Source: a virus
Lineage: Duplodnaviria > Caudoviricetes
DNA length: 64,000 nt
IMG/VR virus record: IMGVR_UViG_3300037067_007193
Location: 11,589 to 75,588 of that record
Direction: 5' to 3' (one strand)
The notes under the pieces are model-generated. The model saw only the letters and a program-made list of their open reading frames with translations, ran no database searches and was not told the origin of the DNA. Within the stretch, counting starts at the first letter, position 1, and every line of letters starts with the position of its first letter. Shown piece after piece: positions 8,809 to 16,846 of the stretch. The translations under genes were made by a program, and so were the position numbers.

Positions 8809-9036
8809 ATGCGTTACTCAGACGAGGAACTTCACTTGGTACGGAGAATCCGGGATGGCCGTAGCGGGTGGGGAGTTCGCAAGGCTGGCGAGGACAGATG
8901 TATCCGGGTGTTTCCCTTCTGGCGTCAGGCGCTGAATTTCGGGCGGGTTCTGGCGCGTGGTTTCGGGTGTCAGTTGTACATACACCGTAGAGATGGGATA
9001 GTGGGGCGAAAGGAGAACTACAAGGATGTCTCATAA
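8809..9036 (+). CDS. DUF2188-like protein, copy 2
   Basis: WGVRK...ALNFGR...LYIHRRDG. Confidence 0.7.
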   Translation: MRYSDEELHLVRRIRDGRSGWGVRKAGEDRCIRVFPFWRQALNFGRVLARGFGCQLYIHRRDGIVGRKENYKDVS

Positions 9037-9147
9037 CATTTTAAAGTCTGTCATCGACAACAGCATAGATGGCGACTACTGGCGAGAGTTGGGTTGGCGA
9101 CCAGAGAAAAAGACTTCTGTTCCGGAACTTCCCCCTAACCAGTACGA

Positions 9148-9378
9148 GTGGAGCGAATGATGCTTAGAAAGCTTTCTTTGCGTGGTGGACTGACGTATCT
9201 ACGGGATAGTCCGGTTAAGGGGCTGACTTGGAAACAGTACAAGGCGGCACGGTTCTGGATTAAAAAGCACAAGAGAGAGTTGAACGGGATGTCTATATCC
9301 AGAACGATGGAGTTCATGCCGCGTGTCATTCGGTTGGCTTCTATTCTTTCGCCGCGTAAACACGGGTGGGATATATGA
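9148..9378 (+). CDS. hypothetical protein
   Basis: 76 aa, basic. Confidence 0.45.
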   Translation: MERMMLRKLSLRGGLTYLRDSPVKGLTWKQYKAARFWIKKHKRELNGMSISRTMEFMPRVIRLASILSPRKHGWDI

Positions 9379-9533
9379 CGGACAGTATCAGGGAGGTATG
9401 CCCCGTGGACTTTTGTAAAATCTGCCACGGCATCATCAAGCATGGTGTGTGTTTGCAGTGTGGTCGAGACGATGACACTCCTGATTTTTGGGATGAGTCT
9501 GAACCAATAAACATGGAGAACGTGGGGCCGTAA
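9375..9533 (+). CDS. small zinc-finger protein (52 aa)
   Basis: Not in ORF track. ATGA overlap; CKIC...CLQC. Confidence 0.5.
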   Translation: MTDSIREVCPVDFCKICHGIIKHGVCLQCGRDDDTPDFWDESEPINMENVGP

Positions 9534-9534
9534 G

Positions 9535-9729
9535 ATGATGCAGATAGAAGTTGAAGAATGTATTTGTTGTCCGTTTAGTACATTTGATTATTGTGAATAT
9601 CCGATGTGCGCCATTACGAATAAACACCTTGAACATAAAGACGATTTTACCTCAGATTGTCCTCTTATTGGCAATGTGATAAGAGTATCAAGAAGGATAG
9701 ATGAATTAAACAAACAGGGTGGTGAATAA
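9535..9729 (+). CDS. Cys-rich hypothetical protein
   Basis: CICCP...C..CPL pattern. Confidence 0.55.
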   Translation: MMQIEVEECICCPFSTFDYCEYPMCAITNKHLEHKDDFTSDCPLIGNVIRVSRRIDELNKQGGE

Positions 9730-9917
9730 TGATGGCACTACACCCAAAACAAAACGATGATGATATTCCATTGCCTTTTATGGGTTTCCCAACCGATAGA
9801 ACGCCATTAAGGTGGGATGGAAAACACTATAGAACAACACGCGCAATAAAGGCTGGTGAGACATTTGAATTTCAACTTAATGGTGAACTTATCGCTAAAA
9901 GCGGTGGTGAACAATGA
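9729..9917 (+). CDS. hypothetical protein
   Basis: Stop/start overlaps on both sides. Confidence 0.5.
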   Translation: MMALHPKQNDDDIPLPFMGFPTDRTPLRWDGKHYRTTRAIKAGETFEFQLNGELIAKSGGEQ

Positions 9918-10105
9918 TTATCCGCGATGAAGATGTGCGATTGGAAACACTGCCAGATGAAGTGCAAGGATTGTTTGTTATAGAGATAAAAGAACTGGAT
10001 TATTTCGATCCGGAATGGGTTTCAAGAAATGCTTTTTTGTTAAACAAGCATCAAGTATTGCAGTTAATGGAAGAGTTGCGCGAGTGGATGAAGAATAACG
10101 CATGA
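9914..10105 (+). CDS. hypothetical protein
   Basis: ATGA overlap. Confidence 0.55.
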   Translation: MIIRDEDVRLETLPDEVQGLFVIEIKELDYFDPEWVSRNAFLLNKHQVLQLMEELREWMKNNA

Positions 10106-10201
10106 ATAAACTATTAAATCTGTGGTATGGATGTGTAATAATATTCTGGTTGTGCGTGTTAATTGTGTATGCGGGATGTGAATTTCTACAATGGAGGAAA
10201 G

Positions 10202-10489
10202 ATGGTTGCGAATCCGAATGCGTGCGTTACAGCTGAAGTTCCCTTTACTCCGGCCTTCGCCTTGTGCGAACGGGTTGACCGCGTTTCGTCTCTCCGCGAC
10301 AGGGCGCAGTCAATTTCAGCCCTATGTGATTCGGTGGTGGACAAAATTCGAGGGTGCGAACCTTGTGTAACTGGCGCTCCCGAATGTACCACTCCCGCCC
10401 CCTGTTTTCTTTTGGGCCGTCTTGATATTGATTGTGACGATATAGAACACTGTCTCGGCGCGATTGAGAAACAACTTCGCAGATTGTAA
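10202..10489 (+). CDS. hypothetical protein
   Basis: GGAGG RBS before ATG 10202. Confidence 0.55.
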   Translation: MVANPNACVTAEVPFTPAFALCERVDRVSSLRDRAQSISALCDSVVDKIRGCEPCVTGAPECTTPAPCFLLGRLDIDCDDIEHCLGAIEKQLRRL

Positions 10490-10494
10490 GACAT

Positions 10495-10626
10495 GGCTTC
10501 GGCGGCGTGGCGAGAAGGCGGGGGTTGCTCCCTGTAGGTGAAGCCCGTACAGAAAGAGGAACGCTATCCTCTGTAACCGTTGATTAGCGTGGCGGTCCTT
10601 GCCGGTTCAAATCCGGCCCGAAGCCA
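10495..10626 (+). ncRNA. tRNA-like structured RNA (132 nt)
   Basis: GGCTTCGG/CCGAAGCC closing stem stacked on T-arm GCCGG-TTCAAAT-CCGGC; the interior is not a canonical D/anticodon arm. Confidence 0.55.
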
Positions 10627-10865
10627 ACAGAATTGCTCCACTACCATGCGTAGCAGGAGTTACGAAGCCGTTTCTTTTCGGGCGGCTTCAGCCTTAAAAC
10701 AACAGCCGGGGCGCTTAGGCGATACAAGAGGTGGACTTGCTTTACCGCTAAATGACCGGAAGGCCAATCCCCCGGCAACCCATTAAAACAAGCCCTTTGA
10801 CTCAGAGCGCGGTTCTACCCCGCAAGGGCTATTTGAATTTTTCTTCCCTTGTCACGGAGGGACAG

Positions 10866-12071
10866 TTGACAGACAAGTATGCAGACACGAACGCACGTTT
10901 GGCAGACCTGAAACAGATGTACAGTTTGTCTTCCCGCAAGATGGCTACCATGTGCGGGTCGGATGAGCGCAGCATCAGGCGGTATCTGAAAGGTTCCCGC
11001 ACCTGTCCGGCAGAAGTAATCTCCGCGCTGGAAAACAATCTCCGGCCGTCCGCGATCAAGGCTTCCCCGGACTCAGAACTGAAGCAGAAAGTGATGTCGC
11101 TTGCGCAGGTCGGCGCGGTGTCGGTCGGCGAGATTTCCCGCCAGCTTGACCGAAGCAAGGAAACAGTTGTCCGGCTGATAGACGAACTCCACCAGGAAGG
11201 ATACGAGATAGAGATAGACGAAGGCACGCGGCAGGTTGAATTGCGCCGGGAAACTAAGCGCGATTTCTCGTGGATAAATGTCAGCGACTTGTTCAAGAAC
11301 CAACTCAAGTTCCTGATGGTTTCGGACTCGCATTTCGGAAGTAAGTACCAGCAGCCCACCCTACTCCATACCGCGTATCATATCGCCGCAGAAGAAGGCT
11401 GTGCGTTCGGGATGCACGGTGGCGATTTGTCAGACGGACACCCCTCGATGCACAAAGGCATGATTTACGAACAGTGGTACAACGCCAACACCGATGATCT
11501 GGTTGACTACATCACAGATGTCTACCCGCAAGCCCCGTTCAAGACGTACATCCTGGACGCCGGAACGCACGACACGATCTTTGTCAAGATGTTCGGCTAC
11601 AACCTCGTGCGGAATGTCTGCCAACGCAGACACGATCTTGTCCAGCGCAAGGGCGACGAAGCGGTATTCGGGCATGACGGGCAGATACATTGCCGGTTGA
11701 GACACCCGACTGGCGGGGTGGCCTATGCCCGTAGTTACCACATCCAGAAGTACAACACGGCACTGATGGAACATGCCATGCACCTGATAGATGCTGGCGG
11801 CGCGGGAGAAGAATACAACCCGCGTGCCGTGTACCCGCATGTTGTGGCGGTCGGGCATTATCACCTTTCCATGTACATGCCGATGGCCGGGAGTCATGTG
11901 TTCGGACTCCCCTGTTTCCAGAGCCAGACGCCGTATCTCCGGGACAAGGGACTGTTCCCGCAGGTGGGTTTCTGGATAGTGACCCTGCACTTTGACTGCG
12001 ATGGCCGGGTAAGCAAGGTGGAGCCGCAGGCTTACCAGTGGACGCATCTGGTCAGGGAGAACGACTACTGA
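10866..12071 (+). CDS. HTH-HTH-calcineurin-like metallophosphoesterase
   Basis: TTG start after GGAGG; two HTH-like segments, then DSHFG, GDLSDG, GTHD, GHYH motifs. Confidence 0.8.
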   Translation: MTDKYADTNARLADLKQMYSLSSRKMATMCGSDERSIRRYLKGSRTCPAEVISALENNLRPSAIKASPDSELKQKVMSLAQVGAVSVGEISRQLDRSKETVVRLIDELHQEGYEIEIDEGTRQVELRRETKRDFSWINVSDLFKNQLKFLMVSDSHFGSKYQQPTLLHTAYHIAAEEGCAFGMHGGDLSDGHPSMHKGMIYEQWYNANTDDLVDYITDVYPQAPFKTYILDAGTHDTIFVKMFGYNLVRNVCQRRHDLVQRKGDEAVFGHDGQIHCRLRHPTGGVAYARSYHIQKYNTALMEHAMHLIDAGGAGEEYNPRAVYPHVVAVGHYHLSMYMPMAGSHVFGLPCFQSQTPYLRDKGLFPQVGFWIVTLHFDCDGRVSKVEPQAYQWTHLVRENDY

Positions 12072-12151
12072 TGAAGACCACGGCCCTGTTGCTTTTTCTG
12101 CTACTCTGGTTTGTGGCGCCGTAAGACAGCATTCTCAAGGAGAAAAAATAG

Positions 12152-13369
12152 ATGTCTGACTATACCGGCAGACCGCTTGTGTGTGTGGATTTTGACGGCA
12201 CAATAGCCAAGTATGACGGTTGGAAGGGCGTTGACAACTTCGGAGAACCAATTCCCGGAGCGCGTGAAGGATTGAACTGGCTGCGGGATAAAGGTTTCCA
12301 GATATGCGTCTGGACAACGCGGGGGAACAAGGACAAGATATGGGACTGGTTGGAAGACAATCAAATGCCCTTTGACTATATCAATGATGCCCCCGTGTTC
12401 GATCACCAGAACCCCGGCAAGCCACCGGCCAAGTATTTCATAGACGACCGGGCCGTCAGGTTTGAGGGGAGTTGGCTGCGCGTTAGGCGACAGATTGAAG
12501 AACTGGAAGAGATAGAACACACGCGGAATGGGGCGGCATACCACAACGGCATCGGCAAATCTGCAATCGGAATGCAAGATAGCCCGGATTCTAAACCGGC
12601 GTATCATTTTGCCGACTCCAGCAAAATGATAAAACCGGAAAACCATTTCGTTGACGCCGACAAAAAGGTCAGGTGTCCATCATGTCTCGAACCAATCAAC
12701 CCCAAACCCGCAAGAGATCAAGTCGGAGTTTTGTCCGCAACGTGCCGTGATTGCAAGATAGAAATCAGGTTTGGCGGTGATGGTCATTCTGTTGACGCCA
12801 CCGATATGATCCCCAAGTTTCGCGGAGTCTGTTTGTCGGGCAAGGCCCGGTCTGGTAAAGACTTGATATGTAAGATGTTGATAGACCGTCTTGGTGGTGA
12901 CTGGCATAGAGAAGCTCTGGCCGATGCACTGAAGGTGACATATTTTGATCTGATGATGTCAGAAAACATTATCGGGAGAAGTATACCGGAATACCAAAAG
13001 GTCATTTTAATCGACGAGCAAAAATCGTTTAGTCCACAGATCAGGGACGCCCTCATTTCGCTTGGAAAACGGCATCGCTCGGAAGATAAGGACTACTGGA
13101 TAAAACGGCTTCCGAACAAAGACCATGCCATAGTAACTGATTGCAGGTTTTTAAACGAACTGCAATTTTTCAAGGATAACGGTTATCTGACCGTCCGCCT
13201 TGAATGTACGGCAGAGACTTTGATTGCGCGTGGTCAGCCGCCGATAAACGACCCGAGCGAGACGGAACTGGATGGTCGGGATGACTTCGATGTTGTCATG
13301 GCAAACAACGCTGGTCTCGCAGTGCTTGAGAAGGCCGTGGATGAGATAGTTACTGCGCTTCGCTCTTGA
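12152..13369 (+). CDS. HAD-family phosphatase - Zn ribbon - dNMP-kinase-like fusion
   Basis: DFDGT and K..A.YFIDDRA (HAD); CPSC/CRDC; SGKARSGKD P-loop, ADALK, TDCRFLNE, SETELD. Confidence 0.8.
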   Translation: MSDYTGRPLVCVDFDGTIAKYDGWKGVDNFGEPIPGAREGLNWLRDKGFQICVWTTRGNKDKIWDWLEDNQMPFDYINDAPVFDHQNPGKPPAKYFIDDRAVRFEGSWLRVRRQIEELEEIEHTRNGAAYHNGIGKSAIGMQDSPDSKPAYHFADSSKMIKPENHFVDADKKVRCPSCLEPINPKPARDQVGVLSATCRDCKIEIRFGGDGHSVDATDMIPKFRGVCLSGKARSGKDLICKMLIDRLGGDWHREALADALKVTYFDLMMSENIIGRSIPEYQKVILIDEQKSFSPQIRDALISLGKRHRSEDKDYWIKRLPNKDHAIVTDCRFLNELQFFKDNGYLTVRLECTAETLIARGQPPINDPSETELDGRDDFDVVMANNAGLAVLEKAVDEIVTALRS

Positions 13370-13529
13370 CATTGATTTTCAATTCAGACGTGCAGAAGGG
13401 GCAGATAACGGTCTGAGGAAAAGCGCGGATAATTTCATTTTGAAGGTTTATTGTGTTTTTAAGCGCCTCGATTTCCTGAATAAGTTTCAGCGAAGGTCTT
13501 GATTTTGAACGCTTTGTCTGTGTTTCCAT
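13350..13529 (-). CDS. small coiled-coil/CxxC protein
   Basis: GGGGG RBS; own promoter TTGACA-17-TATTGT at 13565-13593. Confidence 0.5.
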   Translation of the reverse strand: METQTKRSKSRPSLKLIQEIEALKNTINLQNEIIRAFPQTVICPFCTSELKINVKSEAQ

Positions 13530-13629
13530 ATCGAACCCCCTGAAATGCGAAGCGTTTTGAATTAACAATATAGAGGTTTTGGTGGTTTGTCAAGAGGTGG
13601 GATAAAATTTCTGACATCGGGATATTAAA

Positions 13630-14628
13630 ATGAGGAAGACGTTTGTGGTGGTTTTGGTTTTGTGGTTCTGTTCCGGTCTATTGGCACAGGTAACAACGAC
13701 GGCATGGGTAACATTTTCTACCCTGGATGATACTCTTGTTATAGGCAATCCCGTTAGGTCGATAACTGCGGATTTGACCGGACGTGTCTGGTGGGGAACG
13801 GCGCATGGATTATATAAACAGAGTGGTGACTCATGCCTGAGATATATTTATGATGATTCAAGTTTTGCTCAGAAGTCCAGAAATAACATTCTTTCTGTGG
13901 TGACAACGGTTGCTGGTGATCTGTTTAGTGCTTCTCCTGTCGGCTTAACTCAACACTCCGGTTTCAGTTTTACGTCCGATTCGCTGATTACATATCCGAT
14001 TTTACCAGATAGTGAAGTTACTATGTTGTGTCCCGACTCATCCGAAGATGGATTGATCTGGGGAGCTGGTGAGCAATGCTTGTGGCTGTGGGCCGACACG
14101 GTAGAAGCTAAATTGACTACCACGAGTGGTCTGGCTGGATATAAGGTCTACGATATGGTTCATGATTCTACACATTCATTCTGGATAGCCACCAATGGTG
14201 GTGTTAGTCGTCTAATAGATAACCATTGGATAACTTATACTACTGTCAATAGCGGATTGAATGGTAATGTTTGTTATACCATTGCCGTATCCGGGCGAGA
14301 TTCAAGTATCTGGTTCGGCGGGGATGACGGACTTGTCCAGTTTGATGGCGACACCACATGGACGGACTGGACGGATAGCCTTCCGAATCACCGGGTAAAA
14401 GATTTGGCCTTCTGCGCGGAAGATACGACCATGTGGGTGGCAACAGACAGTGGACTCGCAGCGTACAAGCCGAACCGCCCCTACCCTATCAGCACATGGA
14501 GAAAGTATTTCCCTGAAACCACCGGGGACAGCCTTCCGCAGTACCGGATTTTCTGTGTGTATCCCGACAGCGGTAAGTGCGTGTGGATCGGGCATTCGAC
14601 CGGGGTTACAAGGCTGAAGGAGAACTGA
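13630..14628 (+). CDS. secreted beta-propeller protein (two-component regulator propeller-like repeats)
   Basis: Signal peptide MRKTFVVVLVLWFCSGLLAQ; repeats such as D.TGRVWWGT..GL, DSTHSFWIATNGGV, MWVATDSGL. Confidence 0.8.
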   Translation: MRKTFVVVLVLWFCSGLLAQVTTTAWVTFSTLDDTLVIGNPVRSITADLTGRVWWGTAHGLYKQSGDSCLRYIYDDSSFAQKSRNNILSVVTTVAGDLFSASPVGLTQHSGFSFTSDSLITYPILPDSEVTMLCPDSSEDGLIWGAGEQCLWLWADTVEAKLTTTSGLAGYKVYDMVHDSTHSFWIATNGGVSRLIDNHWITYTTVNSGLNGNVCYTIAVSGRDSSIWFGGDDGLVQFDGDTTWTDWTDSLPNHRVKDLAFCAEDTTMWVATDSGLAAYKPNRPYPISTWRKYFPETTGDSLPQYRIFCVYPDSGKCVWIGHSTGVTRLKEN

Positions 14629-14834
14629 TGATGAATGGGTTCGGCGCAATGAGGATTTGGGCATTTCAAAGGCAAAAAGAAACAAGCAAGCGAGGTGTGG
14701 CGTGGTTTAACGACCAAGTGGGTCGCTTTGAAAAGGGCAAATACGATGCCCTGGAATTTGTTTTTATTAAAATGCTTTTGCAAATGTATCGCGATGAATT
14801 GTTTCAGGAAGAATGGAACGAAGACGATGTGTGA
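14628..14834 (+). CDS. hypothetical protein
   Basis: TGATG overlap with the upstream gene. Confidence 0.5.
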   Translation: MMNGFGAMRIWAFQRQKETSKRGVAWFNDQVGRFEKGKYDALEFVFIKMLLQMYRDELFQEEWNEDDV

Positions 14835-14866
14835 ATTTTTTTAGCCGCCAATAACGGGAGCAGGAA

Positions 14867-15277
14867 ATGAATAGGTCTGGATTTTTTAAGAAGACGCTTA
14901 CGGTTGCTGCGGCTGTTCCGGTGTTTAATTTACAATCCGATCTCGAAACAAAGCAACAAAAATTAAATATTTTCCCCGGTAAACATCCGAGATCATACGC
15001 GCATTTTATTCAAGAATGGGATAATAACAATGTTGTTATAATCACCCCGGAACTACAGTTTGAGTCCGAAAGATTCATGCGCTATCATAAGAAAACATAT
15101 TTAGATAAAATAAAGTTGGGGTGTGACCCTACTATTTATTCTGGATGGGGTGTTTTCCACAACAACAATAAAGATGCAATAGATTTCTCATATAAATTCA
15201 AAGATTGGTGTGATAAAAATTTCAAAGAACAGGGGTTAAACGATATAAAAATATATATTGGTCCCTATCTTGTGTAA
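14867..15277 (+). CDS. hypothetical protein with a degenerate Tat-like leader
   Basis: MNRSGFFKKTLTVAAAVP; AT-rich ORF. Confidence 0.55.
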   Translation: MNRSGFFKKTLTVAAAVPVFNLQSDLETKQQKLNIFPGKHPRSYAHFIQEWDNNNVVIITPELQFESERFMRYHKKTYLDKIKLGCDPTIYSGWGVFHNNNKDAIDFSYKFKDWCDKNFKEQGLNDIKIYIGPYLV

Positions 15278-15316
15278 TTCTTAGCCACTTTTTAACGGAG
15301 GAATTATGAGCGCGAC

Positions 15317-16816
15317 ATGGCATTTCAGGCAACGAGAGCGGATGACGAACTCGTAAAGTATCTGGCTCAGTTCTGCGAAGACCCGCTTGGCTTTGTCATG
15401 GCTGTATATCCGTGGCAGAAACAAGGGACGCTATTAGAAAACGAAACCGGCCCCGATACGTGGCAGGCTGAATATCTGACAGAACTTGGGAAGCAAATCA
15501 AAGAATGTCACGAGGGCAAGCGCGAGATAGTTCAGATAGCCACCGCCAGCGGTCATGGGCCGGGCAAAACTTGTCTTGTGGCGTGGATAATTCATTGGTT
15601 TGAAAGCACTTACCCGGACGCCCACCTTAACGTTACCGCCAATACCCAAGCGCAGTTGTCCGACAAGACGTGGCGCGAGTTGGCAAAGTGGAAAGCCCTT
15701 GCGATAAATGGACACCATTTTGAATGGACGGCAACATCGTATCGGTTTCTTGGCAGAAAAGAAACTCAATATGCGATGGCGATTCCGTGGTCAGAGCATA
15801 ATTCCGAAGCCATAGCCGGTCTGCATGAGAAATATGTAGGGGTAATTTTCGATGAAGCGAGTGGAATTGCCAACATAATTTGGGAAGCTATATCCGGGGC
15901 GATGACCACTCCGGGCGCGATATGGCTGGTATTCGGCAACATGACCCGCGCATCAGGTAGATTTTTTGATTGCTTCCACAAAGAACGGCATCGCTGGAAG
16001 ACGTTCTCGGTTGATTCTCGTACCGCGAAAAAAGCCAACAAGAAACTATTCCAGCAGTGGATTGATGACTACGGGATTGACAGCGATTATGTCCGGGTGC
16101 GCGTTCGCGGACTTCCTCCAAAACAGGCTTCTCTACAGTTCATTGCGACAAACACAGTTGAAGATGCCCTCAGGCGAGAAATATCCCCCGACACCTACCG
16201 ACACGCGGCAAAAATTCTTTCGGTCGATGTGGCGCGGTACGGGGATGATTCCACCGTATTCACGCTGCGTCAGGGATTGAAACTGTTCTGGAAGAAGAAG
16301 TATCGCGGCCTGAACACGATGGAAGTGGCGCAACTGACGGCGAGATTTGAAGACGAGGAAGAGCCGGATGCTGTATTTGTTGATGTTGTCGGTATTGGCG
16401 CTGGTGTAGTTGATCGGGGTAGGCAACTCGGCAGGCAATGGCAAGAACACAACGGGGCGCACTCGTCATCGGATAAGCAGTTCGCAAATAAGAGGGCGCA
16501 GTGTTGGGGAGAAATGCGGTGGTGGCTCGAAAAGGCGGACATGAGTGCAATCCCGCAAGAACAGCGTCAGGAATTGATAGATGACCTCACCGGAATAGAA
16601 TATTCGTATGACCGCGTAGACAGACTCATCCTTGAGAAAAAAGAAGATATGAAGGCGCGTGGATTGGCCTCCCCCGACAACGCCGACTCTCTGGCCATCT
16701 CGTTTACACAGAAGGTTATTCCCCGCCAGATGATCCAAGACGAGTATGACTACCAAGAACATGAAAGGGCGACACGCAAGGCAGACTCTTCTCGTAACCC
16801 GATAACCGGATATTAA
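15317..16816 (+). CDS. terL: terminase large subunit
   Basis: Walker A SGHGPGKT, Walker B VIFDEAS, nuclease motifs DVARYGDD and SPDNADSL. Confidence 0.92.
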   Translation: MAFQATRADDELVKYLAQFCEDPLGFVMAVYPWQKQGTLLENETGPDTWQAEYLTELGKQIKECHEGKREIVQIATASGHGPGKTCLVAWIIHWFESTYPDAHLNVTANTQAQLSDKTWRELAKWKALAINGHHFEWTATSYRFLGRKETQYAMAIPWSEHNSEAIAGLHEKYVGVIFDEASGIANIIWEAISGAMTTPGAIWLVFGNMTRASGRFFDCFHKERHRWKTFSVDSRTAKKANKKLFQQWIDDYGIDSDYVRVRVRGLPPKQASLQFIATNTVEDALRREISPDTYRHAAKILSVDVARYGDDSTVFTLRQGLKLFWKKKYRGLNTMEVAQLTARFEDEEEPDAVFVDVVGIGAGVVDRGRQLGRQWQEHNGAHSSSDKQFANKRAQCWGEMRWWLEKADMSAIPQEQRQELIDDLTGIEYSYDRVDRLILEKKEDMKARGLASPDNADSLAISFTQKVIPRQMIQDEYDYQEHERATRKADSSRNPITGY

Positions 16817-16846
16817 TGTCTTCTTATAGACAACTCTTCTTATGCA

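Noticed and set aside
10495-10626. Calling this a standard tRNA, tRNA-Sec or tmRNA
   Set aside because: Too long for a tRNA, no 7-nt anticodon loop or UCA in position, no G3.U70 pair and no tag ORF
14867-14940. Functional Tat export signal
   Set aside because: Only one arginine (NRSGFFK) and a short hydrophobic stretch
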